In this document: in pieces, positions 26,262-36,396 of the stretch | Layout of the letters: each line of letters begins with the position of its first letter | How positions within the stretch are numbered: the stretch's first letter is position 1 | From: Nemertoderma westbladi | Taxonomy: Eukaryota > Animalia > Xenacoelomorpha | DNA length: 44,913 nt | Direction of reading: 5' to 3' | NCBI GenBank assembly: GCA_032718475.1 | Contig: JAUCBJ010006145.1 | Location: 1 to 44,913, forward strand | Translations under genes and position numbers: made by a program | Notes under the pieces: model-generated | What the model was told of the DNA's origin: nothing | The model's database searches: none | The model's input: only the letters and a program-made list of their open reading frames with translations

Positions 26262-28829
26262 ATGGCAAGCAAACTTGTGCGAAAGAGAAAGGCGGAGCTA
26301 GGAGGAAAGGAGATACTGGTGGATTTCACCAAGAGGCATCCGGAAGAGAGGACGAGGGGATACTACGAGCGGTTAGAAAAGGGTCACGCAGCACGAGCGC
26401 TACAGGACCACTTCAGGGAGGTGCACGAACAGCGGCTGGTCGGGACCTATGGGACGCCGTCGCTGGACAACGCGATCTTCGAGCATTTCCACTACGTGGT
26501 GAAAGGAGATGAGGCGAAGTTCAGGATTCCGAAGTATGCGAGAGAGTCACCGAGGAAAGATTGGAAGAGGTTCATAGAGTCCGTCAACAGGGGAGGATAC
26601 ATGATCCTAGACGACGAAGGGACCGTGGAAGACGAGGAGAGTTCAAGGAGAGGATCGGCGGGATCGGCCAGAACCATACTCCTACATTTGGCCGCGTCAA
26701 ATGGGGATATTTTCCTATTTGACCTGGGAACGTATGGGAAGAAGGATGGGCCGAAGTTAGACCGGCTGCCGAGGGCAGTGCAAGTCCTAGTGAGAGAGAA
26801 GTCGACAACGAAAGTGGGATCGGCGATTCGCGACGACGCGGAGAGAATCATCGGTCCGGACACCCCCAACCTCCTGGATATGCAGACGGTCTTCATGGCT
26901 ATGACAGCACCAGACGGGTTGGGACTAGTTGAGAACACAGGCCATTGCGGAGCGGTGGCGATGGGCCAGCTATTGGGGCTCGTATGTCACAAACCAATGG
27001 ACTGGGGGAAGTTCAGAGAAGAGTACGGAGCAGAATTAGCGAACTCGCTGAAGTGGGGAGCGAGGCCGGGAAAACAAGAGGTGTATCAATTCCGAAGAGG
27101 AGCGATAAAGGTATATCAGAAGCAATATATCCTGCAGGAGGACTGGATAATGATAGGTTTGCTTAACCTATTCATGACCGTGGTTATCGAGAGGGAACCA
27201 GCGGCATTCCTATTATCGGGATCACCCCTAAACTACAGAAGAGCCTTTAAGACGGCTTTCGTGGGTCTGGTAGACCACCCGGGGCTGAAGGGCGAGTCGG
27301 TGTACTACAACAGCCGACATCTGGTAGACGGGGAGATAGATACGCCGTATCAGAGATGGGAGCAGCTAGAGACGGATAGACGAGAGGCGAAGCGACTGGA
27401 AGAAGTCGCTAGACGGGAGAGGAGAGAAGCAGAGGAAAGGGAGGAGGAAGCTAGGGCACAGAGCTACGGCTTCGAGGAACAGGCGGGCTTAGACGAACTT
27501 CATTGGACTTCGTCAGGGAGTTTGGGGGAGTCTCTAGGGCGAGAACTGGGATGGACGGTGGGATCACCGAAACAGTCGACGTCGGGATTGCAAGCGACGC
27601 CCATACCAGCGGGCGCCGAGAGCGACCAGCCGCTAAGGAAGCTAGGGGAGCTAGAGGGATGGAGAGCTACGGGCGAGAGCCAAGGCGGGAAGGGACATAG
27701 TGGGTCCACCAGGATACCGGGGTTGGAGCCACTGCCAGAGGAGGACGAAGACGACGACGAATTCGGAGAGATGCCGCCCATCGGGAGGATCGGCCACTCG
27801 GACACGGACTGGGTTGGCGGGAGGGTGGTGACGGCCAGTGGGGCGAGGGCCTTCTGGGATAGACCCGACAAGCGGGCCTGGGTGCACGAGGAGCCGGCGA
27901 TAGATTTCGCGGGGAGCACTATCAGGTTGGGCGAGCAACCGGGGACGGCACCACGGGTAGTATTCGGGGAGACGATGCCCGAGAGGGGCGAGGAGATCGA
28001 CGTAGACAGGGACACTAAAGTCCGAAAGTTCGCTTACCAGCGACTCCACAGACCGCGGAGATCGCTTGGGACGAAAGACGACGTGGGGCGGGAGACATTG
28101 GTACTCGGCTGCGACTACTGTGGGAGACAGACCCACCAGGAAAGGAGCTGTTTGTACCGGTTCCAGAAAGGGACTAGTTGTCTCTATTGCCGCGAGTCGA
28201 GCCACAGGATGGGGGCGTGTCCACGGTTGCATAACCGATGTTCGAAATGTAACTTTCGGGGACATTACGGACACCAGTGCGACTGGATGGACGACGAAGA
28301 GAAGTTTAGGATCTTCGAGGAGTGGGCCGATGTCGGGGCGATGACTCGGCAACGTATGAAGGCCCAGGAGTTCCGGTGGGGCTTCTTTAACATCAATCAG
28401 GAGGCTCACATGGAGATTATCAAACGGAGACTTCCGTTTACCTACCAGGAAGTGGCGGCGGCGGCATCATATGCCGGAGTGATAAATACGCAGAGGTATT
28501 TGGATAGGTGGACGCCACAGGGCAGAGGGGAGTTTAGGGATTTCTTGGCGGAGCATGTGCCGCGGGCAATGAAGATGATCTTATGGGACACCACCAGGGG
28601 GAGACAACAGGGCCACTCGGAGGGGCCACCCGCGAAGCGATACCGGGAGCTAATAACACCGGCACCCAAGGAGTCAACGACCGGGATCAGTAAGGAGGTG
28701 GCGGCGAGAGTCCGAAGCCAGAAAGCAGACAAGACCAGAGGAGCGGCAGTGACCAGGAAACGACCCAGGGAGGAGGACGACAAAGGGAAAGACTTGAGGT
28801 GGTTCCCAAAGGCTGGTGGAACGAACTGA
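26262..28829 (+). CDS. Extra ORF of the LTR element: DEDDy-type 3'-5' exonuclease domain, coiled coil, three CCHC zinc knuckles
   Basis: Uninterrupted ORF (GTG at 26238, first ATG at 26262). Exo motifs ILDDEG, LLHLA...IFLFDL, LP..V..LV.EKSTTKVGSAIRDD, LLDMQ, YQKQYILQED. Knuckles CDYCGRQTHQERSC, CLYCRESSHRMGAC, CSKCNFRGHYGHQC (28110-28280). Confidence 0.8.
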   Translation: MASKLVRKRKAELGGKEILVDFTKRHPEERTRGYYERLEKGHAARALQDHFREVHEQRLVGTYGTPSLDNAIFEHFHYVVKGDEAKFRIPKYARESPRKDWKRFIESVNRGGYMILDDEGTVEDEESSRRGSAGSARTILLHLAASNGDIFLFDLGTYGKKDGPKLDRLPRAVQVLVREKSTTKVGSAIRDDAERIIGPDTPNLLDMQTVFMAMTAPDGLGLVENTGHCGAVAMGQLLGLVCHKPMDWGKFREEYGAELANSLKWGARPGKQEVYQFRRGAIKVYQKQYILQEDWIMIGLLNLFMTVVIEREPAAFLLSGSPLNYRRAFKTAFVGLVDHPGLKGESVYYNSRHLVDGEIDTPYQRWEQLETDRREAKRLEEVARRERREAEEREEEARAQSYGFEEQAGLDELHWTSSGSLGESLGRELGWTVGSPKQSTSGLQATPIPAGAESDQPLRKLGELEGWRATGESQGGKGHSGSTRIPGLEPLPEEDEDDDEFGEMPPIGRIGHSDTDWVGGRVVTASGARAFWDRPDKRAWVHEEPAIDFAGSTIRLGEQPGTAPRVVFGETMPERGEEIDVDRDTKVRKFAYQRLHRPRRSLGTKDDVGRETLVLGCDYCGRQTHQERSCLYRFQKGTSCLYCRESSHRMGACPRLHNRCSKCNFRGHYGHQCDWMDDEEKFRIFEEWADVGAMTRQRMKAQEFRWGFFNINQEAHMEIIKRRLPFTYQEVAAAASYAGVINTQRYLDRWTPQGRGEFRDFLAEHVPRAMKMILWDTTRGRQQGHSEGPPAKRYRELITPAPKESTTGISKEVAARVRSQKADKTRGAAVTRKRPREEDDKGKDLRWFPKAGGTN

Positions 28830-29552
28830 GACTTCGGTGTAACATGCCTGGAAGGCACCACGCGAGACGTGCGAACTCTTAAATACAAATTCAAGTAATG
28901 TAAAATAATCGAATAAGTGCAATTTGTATGTACGTACGTAGCAATCAGTAATCTAGTAACGAAATATATATATTCGAAGTAAGTACTATAGTCATATAAC
29001 CTTTCTCAATTAGCTACTGGGACTGGGGACCAATGGACTATAATACTACCACGGACGAAACATTGGACGACATCACGCTTCTTGAGTGCAACGGCACAAA
29101 AAGGGGGGGGGGGTGAAACTCGTCGGGAGTGAGTGGTCAGGATAGAGGTTGAGTTGTAGTGTGGAGAGAGTGCGGAGCATAGAGAGAGTGCGAGTGCAAT
29201 TCAAGTGTGGGGGGGGGGAGGAATAAAGAGGCTGAGTGAGGGGCAGGGAAGCCCGAGAGTTCGAGCCGAAGTGAGGACAAGTAGAGGAGGGTCAGGGTGA
29301 GAACAGAGTAGAGTTGGAGTGGCGAAAGTGTTGGGGAAACAAAAGTCGTGTGGGAGGAGCGCACGATCGGCCCGACACGGGACGCCAGGCAAATGGGGTA
29401 GCATTATCATACCCATAGGGAGCGGCCTGGAAAGCTGGCTCCGAAAGAAAATAGTTCCACCCCACACCCGATACTAGATCGGGATCCAGCGGAATTGTAG
29501 CGCACTAGAGGTGGATGCTATCTTCTCACCGGGAAGATAGCATGGGGGGGAG

Positions 29553-30111
29553 TGTTAGCTTATTCAATTCCGCTAACCACCCCATAAAGTGAGCCGTTAA
29601 GCAATATTGGGGAACACGAGGGTGAGCAATCAACCTCGTGTCACCCCAACAAAGTGGGAAGGAGAAAGCACACACACACACAATGAGGGTCAGGGGTTAC
29701 ACCCCTGAGAGAGAGAGAGAGCAACAGGGGCGAAGGGAAACCCTCCAGGGGAGGCAAAGGGCGACAACAGGGTTATTAGCCAATGGGGGGAAGGCATCGG
29801 TTGAGTAATGTAACACGGCCAACCGTGCAATATATATTATCAGTATAGCAAATCATTTAGTCAGTGTGTCATTTAGTCAGTGCATAGTTAGGTTAGTTTA
29901 GCTAGGGAAGTACCGGGATTTTAATTACCGTCACCCGTCTTCCGTTTACTATCAGCATTATATCCTATATTCCGTGTCATTTATATTCCATCTTATACTA
30001 TTATACCCGAACTATATACGACGATCAATAAACTCTTTTACCTTTCACACACGGCGGGGACGCGTAGATTGAAAACCGGATAAACCGGGATCCTCCGTGG
30101 ATCCCGTCACA
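29553..30111 (+). repeat. 3' LTR (559 bp)
   Basis: Differs from the 5' LTR by microsatellite length and about two substitutions seen by eye; preceded by the PPT. Confidence 0.95.
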
Positions 30112-31505
30112 AAAGGAACGTGCCGCATTCGATATGGTTCTAATAAGATGCTTGGCTCTGCCATCAACAGATGTTTCGGTTAATGTTGGTTTAGTAAGAT
30201 TACTTTCTATGTTTTCTTTGTAGGTTGCCAAATTTTCAGTTGTGGCCTTTTTGAAGTTCCATCTAATGTTATCTTGTTTTTTCTTACGGAAGTTAAGTGG
30301 TACGGTGTTCTCTGCCTTTACTAGTCGTAGAACTGCATACACTGGTAGATGTTTCGAAACATTATTATTATCAGGTTCACCAACTGTAGATTTTATTAGA
30401 TAATCAAACCACTGTTGAGGGATAAATATATGATCTATATAGCTAGATCTCGCGTGGTCAACCCCATTATACTTGGCTGAATACGTAAACAGCATTCCAG
30501 ACGATTTTGTTGTCATATCTGCAGCAATGAATTCATTAGGCTCGATTATGTTGTCATAAAACATCTTGCCAAAAGCAGAGTAGTGCGAGGCTCCTCTAGG
30601 TTGTATGGTGTTATCACGTTGAATAGTTCCATTTATATCACCCATTACAATGGGTGTTAGATTAGAATTAATACACTCGGTGATCAGGACATTGAGGTTG
30701 TTGGTCTCTCGCAAATAGTCATGCGTATCGTTTTCTCTATTACAATTGGCTGGCATATAAGTGTTAATTATTGCTAAGCTCTGATCATATAGTGATCTAA
30801 TGGTTATCCCACACACTCTGTCAGAGTTTGTTGTCAGTGAGGCGCAGAATGGTACTAGTTCATTTTTAACCAATAACACAGTTCCCCCCTCTCCTCTTAC
30901 CCGGGGTTTGGGTGTGAGCATTCCATCTGAAACTGTCAGTGTCAGAGCTGCACAGGAGTATGCCAAGTGTACTTTATTACGCATTAGACAGACCTCAGCC
31001 TGTCTTGGACCAAGCCAATGCTCTTGGAGACATACTATATCAGGCTATGTTGTCTAGTAGCTCTACCACATAATTTTTATTCCTGATGTAGCCTTCACAA
31101 TTTAACGTTAACAGTTTTAGTCCCATACAGTTTCTCTTGTTGGTTTCATCATTGTTGAAAACTGGAGGTGGTGTGTTTGAAGCATTTGACGATTTAAAAG
31201 CGCTGCTGTCTTTGTGGATGGATGGGGTAGGGACTTCTTTTATATGATCTGAAGTCCCTGTCTCCTATATTCTGACTTTGACCAGAGTGCTGTGAGTAGT
31301 ATATTGGAGAAGACCAATTTCCACTAACATCGTATGTGCACTTCGGGTATGGAAAATCATACTGATGATCACCTCTGAAATCTGGTATTACTCCTGTGTT
31401 CTGAGTATAATTGGTATACTTATGTCCCGGAGCTCTGTTTCTCTCCGTAGCCAAACTAGCTTGAGCCAAAGCGGGATTGAGTGATGATTTATGATATTGA
31501 CAGCC
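30112..31505 (-). mobile_element. 5' part of the RTE-X-like LINE (APE endonuclease and probable ORF1 tail)
   Basis: LNCEG, DIVCLQEHWL, IVMGDING, SYIDHIF, SKHLPV. Removing the LTR element and one TSD restores ...SNAARSF-IPMSYVNYRP..., continuous with the ORF starting at 17343. Confidence 0.9.
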
Positions 31506-31635
31506 AAACTAGAATGCTATGGTGTACGCGGGCTCCGTCTAAAACTATAAACTAGAACGCTAGGATGTACGCGGGCTCCGTCTAAAACTATAAACTAGAA
31601 TGCTATGGTGTACGCTGGCTCCGTCTAAAACTAAT
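31506..31635. repeat. ~44-bp tandem repeat, 3 copies
   Basis: AAACTAGAAYGCTA..GTGTACGCGGGCTCCGTCTAAAACTA repeated. Confidence 0.85.
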
Positions 31636-32480
31636 TACTAGCTGTCTATCATCCAGACTACAGTAAGTATCCGTAGAATCCCACTGCTCCTCTCTACTCC
31701 CCCTCCTCTCCCACTGCTCCTCTCTACTCCCCCTCCTCTCCCACTGCTCCTCTCTACTCCCCCTCCTCTGTGGGCTCCCACAAGGAGGAGTACTCTCTCC
31801 CGTACTTTTACTCATTTATATTAATGATCTACCTAATGCCACCCCTACTATTGTTGTACAACAATACAACTCATCTAACTAATAATATTAATTCTGAATT
31901 AAATAACGTTGCTGATTGAAAATCGTCTATAACTAAATAAAAAAAAAACTGAAACCACTGTATTATAACTGAAACCACTGTGTTATAACTGAAACCACTG
32001 TATTTTCCAACGTAATAAAAAATCCCCAGGACATACCCAGATTAAAAATTAACAACCAAAATATAACACTTACAAATAGTACTAAATTCTTAGGAATTTA
32101 CGTATAGTTAGTTTACGATAGTTAGGTGCCCTACCTTTAGTCACTATAGATCTTCAGCTCTCCCTATCTATTCTCCTCTACAGTAGACTTGCTATATAAA
32201 CTCCAAGTGGGCATCTTTATGTACAATATTAATAATAATAGCAAATGAAACACAACATAACTTATTAAGGAAACCCACAATTATACATAAATATAATACA
32301 CGCTCAGTGGCTCGCGGTGACTACTACATAGATACAGTACGACTAGACTATTCACAGCAATCCATGAGTTTTCGAGGTCCTGCTGTCTGGAATAAATTAC
32401 CAACACAAATTAAAAACTTTACTTTAAAAATTTCATTTGTAAAAAAACTAAAAACATACTTTCTGGAATCGCTTTAATTA
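31636..32480 (+). pseudogene. Degenerate CR1/L2-type LINE RT and 3' region, with an internal 30-bp triplication (about 31679-31769)
   Basis: CGLPQGGVLSPVLLLIYINDLP, KFLGI and FRGPAVWNKLP read in manual translation, with stops and deletions. Confidence 0.8.
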
Positions 32481-32749
32481 AAATTTACTTTCGACTTTAT
32501 CCCTCAACAAAATTGTAACAGTTTATCCTCTCACTTTTAATAACTACAGTGAATACAGTAACTACATCTTACATGTCGCGCATAGTGGCGATCTGTTTCT
32601 GAACGATCTAGACGTGGGTCCCACGATCTAGGCCATAATTAATAATTTTTACTTATTAAAATTCTTTCGAATCTTAAGTAAGTAGGTAGAGAACGACCCC
32701 CCAAATCCAGGAAAGCCCGCCTATCCCGTACGTATTCGCAGTTCGTAAC

Positions 32750-33048
32750 CTGACTTCCGGATCACAGAAGTCGTCCATACGATGCTCATGCTCAAGCATA
32801 CCATCTTTTGAGCTTATGCTCATCCGATCAGAGACTTGCTGAGGACTTTTAAAGTTAACTGTCAAAATTTTGGTCTTTTTGGAGTTAATAAAAAGACCAA
32901 CACTAGAAGCAGCATGTTCTAATGAGCTGAGGAGCCGTTGGGCTCCCTCTAATGATTCTGAGAGCACTCCTAAGTCATCAGCAAAGTCTAGATCAGTTAG
33001 GTACTTGGCAGGATTTCCTCGTCTTCTGGAGCCAGCAGGTGGAGTTAC
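32750..33048 (-). mobile_element. Internal RT fragment of the RTE-clade LINE family
   Basis: Reverse complement of about 24280-24583 (DLDFADDLGVLSESLEGAQRLL). Confidence 0.9.
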
Positions 33049-33613
33049 CCGGATGTCAGCTGTAAGTACTGGGGGTTAATGGGTGGGAGGGGGGGGGGGG
33101 GGGGGGGATGTAGCACCCACTGCCAACTATCTGAAGCCATTATTATCAGAAATAGCGAAAATGTTTGAATATGTTCTAAAATATCTTATTTTCTCGAAAA
33201 AGGCGGTCAATTTTCACTGTTTTCTTGTCAATTTTGGTGCAGATAGATTCCGCTAAACGTATGGCTCGGGATGTCAAGATTTCCAATGGGAATAACGAGG
33301 AATTTCGATTTGGGTAAAAGTCGATGTAAAACTCATCGAGAGTTCCGGACCGGACAGCCGAATTTATATTTACAAACTCGGAAATTTACAAGTTTAACAT
33401 ATTTTACAGGAATTGTGAATTGATTTATGATTACAGTACATTAATCTTCCGCAAGTAAAGGAAATAATTATTTTATATTATGTTTATTAATTATAATTAT
33501 CATTAGGTTATTTTAATAACAAAACCCGAGAGAACTAAATGGCGCGAGAAAAAAAAAACGACATGTAAAATAAAGTAGATAGCGAATAATCCGCGGTAAA
33601 TATATCGGAGATT

Positions 33614-35597
33614 TTATTCCGATTCGTCGGCGGAGTAAATGGAGCGATTCCGGCGCTTAAATACCGAGGGAAGTTCGGAAGAGTCGGAGGAGTGGGAGGA
33701 TCGTTTACTGGAACCATCCGTGGGAGGCGTCGGGGGGCAGACTCCCAGAGGAGCTGCAGTGGTACGGGAGTCCTCCGGAAGAGTCCCGGTCACAGTGGAG
33801 TCCTCCGGGAGAGTCCCGGTCACAGTGGAGTCCTCCGGAAGAGTCCCGGTCACAGTGGAGTCCTCCGGAAGAGTCCCGGTCACAGTGGAGTCCTCCGGAA
33901 GAGTCCCGGTCACAGTGGAGTCCTCCGGAAGAGTCCCGGTCACAGTGGAGTCCTCCGGAAGAGTCCCGGTCATAGTGGAGTCCTCCGGAAGAGTCCCGGT
34001 CACAGTGGAGTCCTCCGGAAGAGTCCCGGTCACAGTGGAGTCCTCCGGAAGTGCCTCAAGCGTCGAGGCGATGGAAGTGTCATCGCAGGAAGATAAATCA
34101 TCAATGGGATTCCTCACCGGAAGTGGGAGTTTAAAGGGAGAAGGAGGGATACCGTTAGTAAGGGAGGTTGTCCCGGTAACGGATCCATCCGACTCAACGT
34201 CCCCCAACTCGCTACCGGATTGGCTGACCGCCGCGAAGTAACGCCGCTTCGCCTGGAACCGCGACTTCAGCCGCTCGAGGCGCTGCTTCCGGTTCACTAT
34301 GACGTCATCGTTGGAGGAATCCGAGAAGCGGATATCCGGCGGCTGAGGGGTGTCGGGCGGCTGAGGGGTGTCGGGCGCCACTGTGGCGTCGAGGTCGTCC
34401 GGGAGACGGGCGGGGCGGCTGGGTGTGGCGACGGTGGCGGCGGTGGCGAGGTAAAGCGCCACCGGGTCCGCCACACCCAGCGCGGCGCACAGCCGGTGGG
34501 TCTGCGGGTTGACCCAGGGACCCGGCGGCTGGGTCGCCTTCCGGAAGGACTTCCCTTGTCGGACGGGATCGAAGGCCGGCGGCCCGGGGAGGAAGTCGAC
34601 CGGGACGACGAGACGGTCGCCTAGCAACCGGGAGGTCTCCTCGCGGTCCGCCGCGGTCGGACGGTGGGTCGCAGCGCCCCCTAGCGACGTCAGCGCGTTC
34701 AGGTTGGGCTGTCGCTCCTCGATGGAGAGAAACTCGTTGGTTAAACGCAACACGCTGAGCCACTCGGCGTCGTATTCCAGAACGCCGGTCGCCGAGGCAA
34801 CCGGGAGGTCTAGAACCTGGAGGAAGTCGCGACGAGGGAGGCACTTATCTAGGGCGAGGAACCGCGTGACCGACCCGTCTGGGTGGGGGAACACGGCTGA
34901 GTACTTACAGTGGAGATGGCCGGCGAACCAGTACCGAGGTCGAGCCGAACGGAGGAGCTCGTCCAACGGAGGACTCCCGAGTTGGTTGCGGTCGACGTCG
35001 TTACGGAAAAAACGGCTTCCTACGGAGCAGCTGCTCCGTGTCGCCATGACGGCAGATACTAACCGGCCAATCATGGGAGAGCATGATGTCCAGGGAGGAG
35101 GGAGATAGTTGTTTCATTCTGTAGATATCGAGGGCCCGTTGGTGGTAAACGGAACGAACTGAGTTCCTCGAGAACGGAGGGAACTCGAAGTGTCCCTTCC
35201 GGTAGTCGTGCGATTTATATATCCCGGAAACGCCGCCGATCCGCAGGCCTCGGTAGTTGAGGACCCCGGCCCACCCGAGGTAATAGATGTTAGGGGCGAC
35301 CCAGCCGCCGTATGGGAGTTCGCACAGATAGCTGGAGGCTTCGTGGTTGCCGCCTATAAATATAGTGAGATAAGGGGCCGTCTTCTCCCCGCTGTAGTAC
35401 TTGTAGAAGGAGCACATGTGTTTGTGTTGGATGGGGACCGCCATACAGGCCAGGTCTTCTGGGTTCCGGACCGATTGGAAGTCGCCGCAGCATAGCAACA
35501 GATCGATTACTATCTCCTGCTCGCGTTCTATAGCCGCTAACGTTCCGTAGATGGCGTCCAACTCACCGTGAGCACAACCCTCAACCGCTATTCTCAT
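33614..35597 (-). CDS. DBR1: RNA lariat debranching enzyme, intronless, ~660 aa once a single-base frameshift at 35007-35012 is corrected
   Basis: [73 protein letters not shown]-terminal FKRRNRSIY. ORFs 35001-35597 and 33614-35074 join as KPFF-RNDV. Confidence 0.93.
33768..34051. repeat. 30-bp coding minisatellite in the DBR1 tail, ~9 copies ([10 protein letters not shown])
   Basis: GAGTCCTCCGGAAGAGTCCCGGTCACAGTG in tandem. Confidence 0.95.
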
Positions 35598-35981
35598 ATT
35601 AATTTATTTACGAGTGACAAAAGCAATTAAGTTATCAGTGATATTATACGGTTAGCAGGTTAGGCCACATGAGAGCAAGCACCCATTTTCTGAACATCCA
35701 TAATATTGCCTGTTTTATAAATGCTTTCAGTTGGTATGGGGCTGTTATTGTTTGGTCTGTCTGTTTGATTGGTTGTTATTGAGTGCTTGCTAATCTTAGC
35801 CAGCATTAAATGCACTAAATCATCAAGCACCCAATGTGTACACACACAGAGGGGTCAATACGTTTCACAAGAGGCATAATGGAGGGGGGGGGGGGGGGGG
35901 GGGGGTTAGGCCTAGTCGCAAAACCTATCTTGGCGAATTTCAAGCACGGCCCGGCGAATTAACAATGATAATTATTAAGAG

Positions 35982-36141
35982 AGGGAAAGGAGCAGGTTGC
36001 TGTGGCAGGATTAATTAAAAAAATTCATTGGACGCTAATAACAGATGATTACTCTCAAAAATAAAACTGTAACCTGTTCTATTGTATTTAGTTTATTGTT
36101 TTGGTTAAAATAACGTGCCACTGTAACCTGCTCCTTTCCCT
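35982..36141. mobile_element. Small MITE-like element
   Basis: 26-bp inverted repeats AGGGAAAGGAGCAGGTTGCTGTGGCA / TGCCACTGTAACCTGCTCCTTTCCCT (2 mismatches) around an AT-rich core; no clear TSD. Confidence 0.55.
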
Positions 36142-36396
36142 AAATTGAGAATTTAACATTGAGGCGTGATATTTATTCGCCAAGGCCTTAAGGCGGGTTT
36201 TGCGTCCAGTTCCACCCTCTGTCTCGGTAACGGATAGGATAAAAAATGATTTTTATTATTACGTACTATATTTATTAGGCCTATTTATTTTGAAATAAAG
36301 ATTAAGATGTACCGGTAAGGTAAATAGAGTACAAAACGGCCGATATGTATATGTATAACCAATAATATAATTAATAAAATAATACAATATCATATC

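Larger units (their letters stand above)
17355..30111 (+). mobile_element. BEL/Pao-type LTR retrotransposon, pol-deleted, carrying an extra ORF
   Basis: TG...CA LTRs at 17355-17914 and 29553-30111; 5-bp TSD AAAGG (17350-17354 and 30112-30116); PPT GGGGGGGAG at 29544-29552; BEL-type gag and integrase C-terminal motifs. Confidence 0.93.

Noticed and set aside
26238-28829. Interpretation of the extra ORF as env or a second gag
   Set aside because: No signal peptide or C-terminal TM anchor seen. The knuckles are the CX2CX4HX4C type and follow an exonuclease-like rather than capsid-like domain.
30025-30111. C-terminus CDGIHGGSRF... of the 319-aa APE ORF
   Set aside because: Read-through into the antisense LTR; the real continuation is at 17349 and below.
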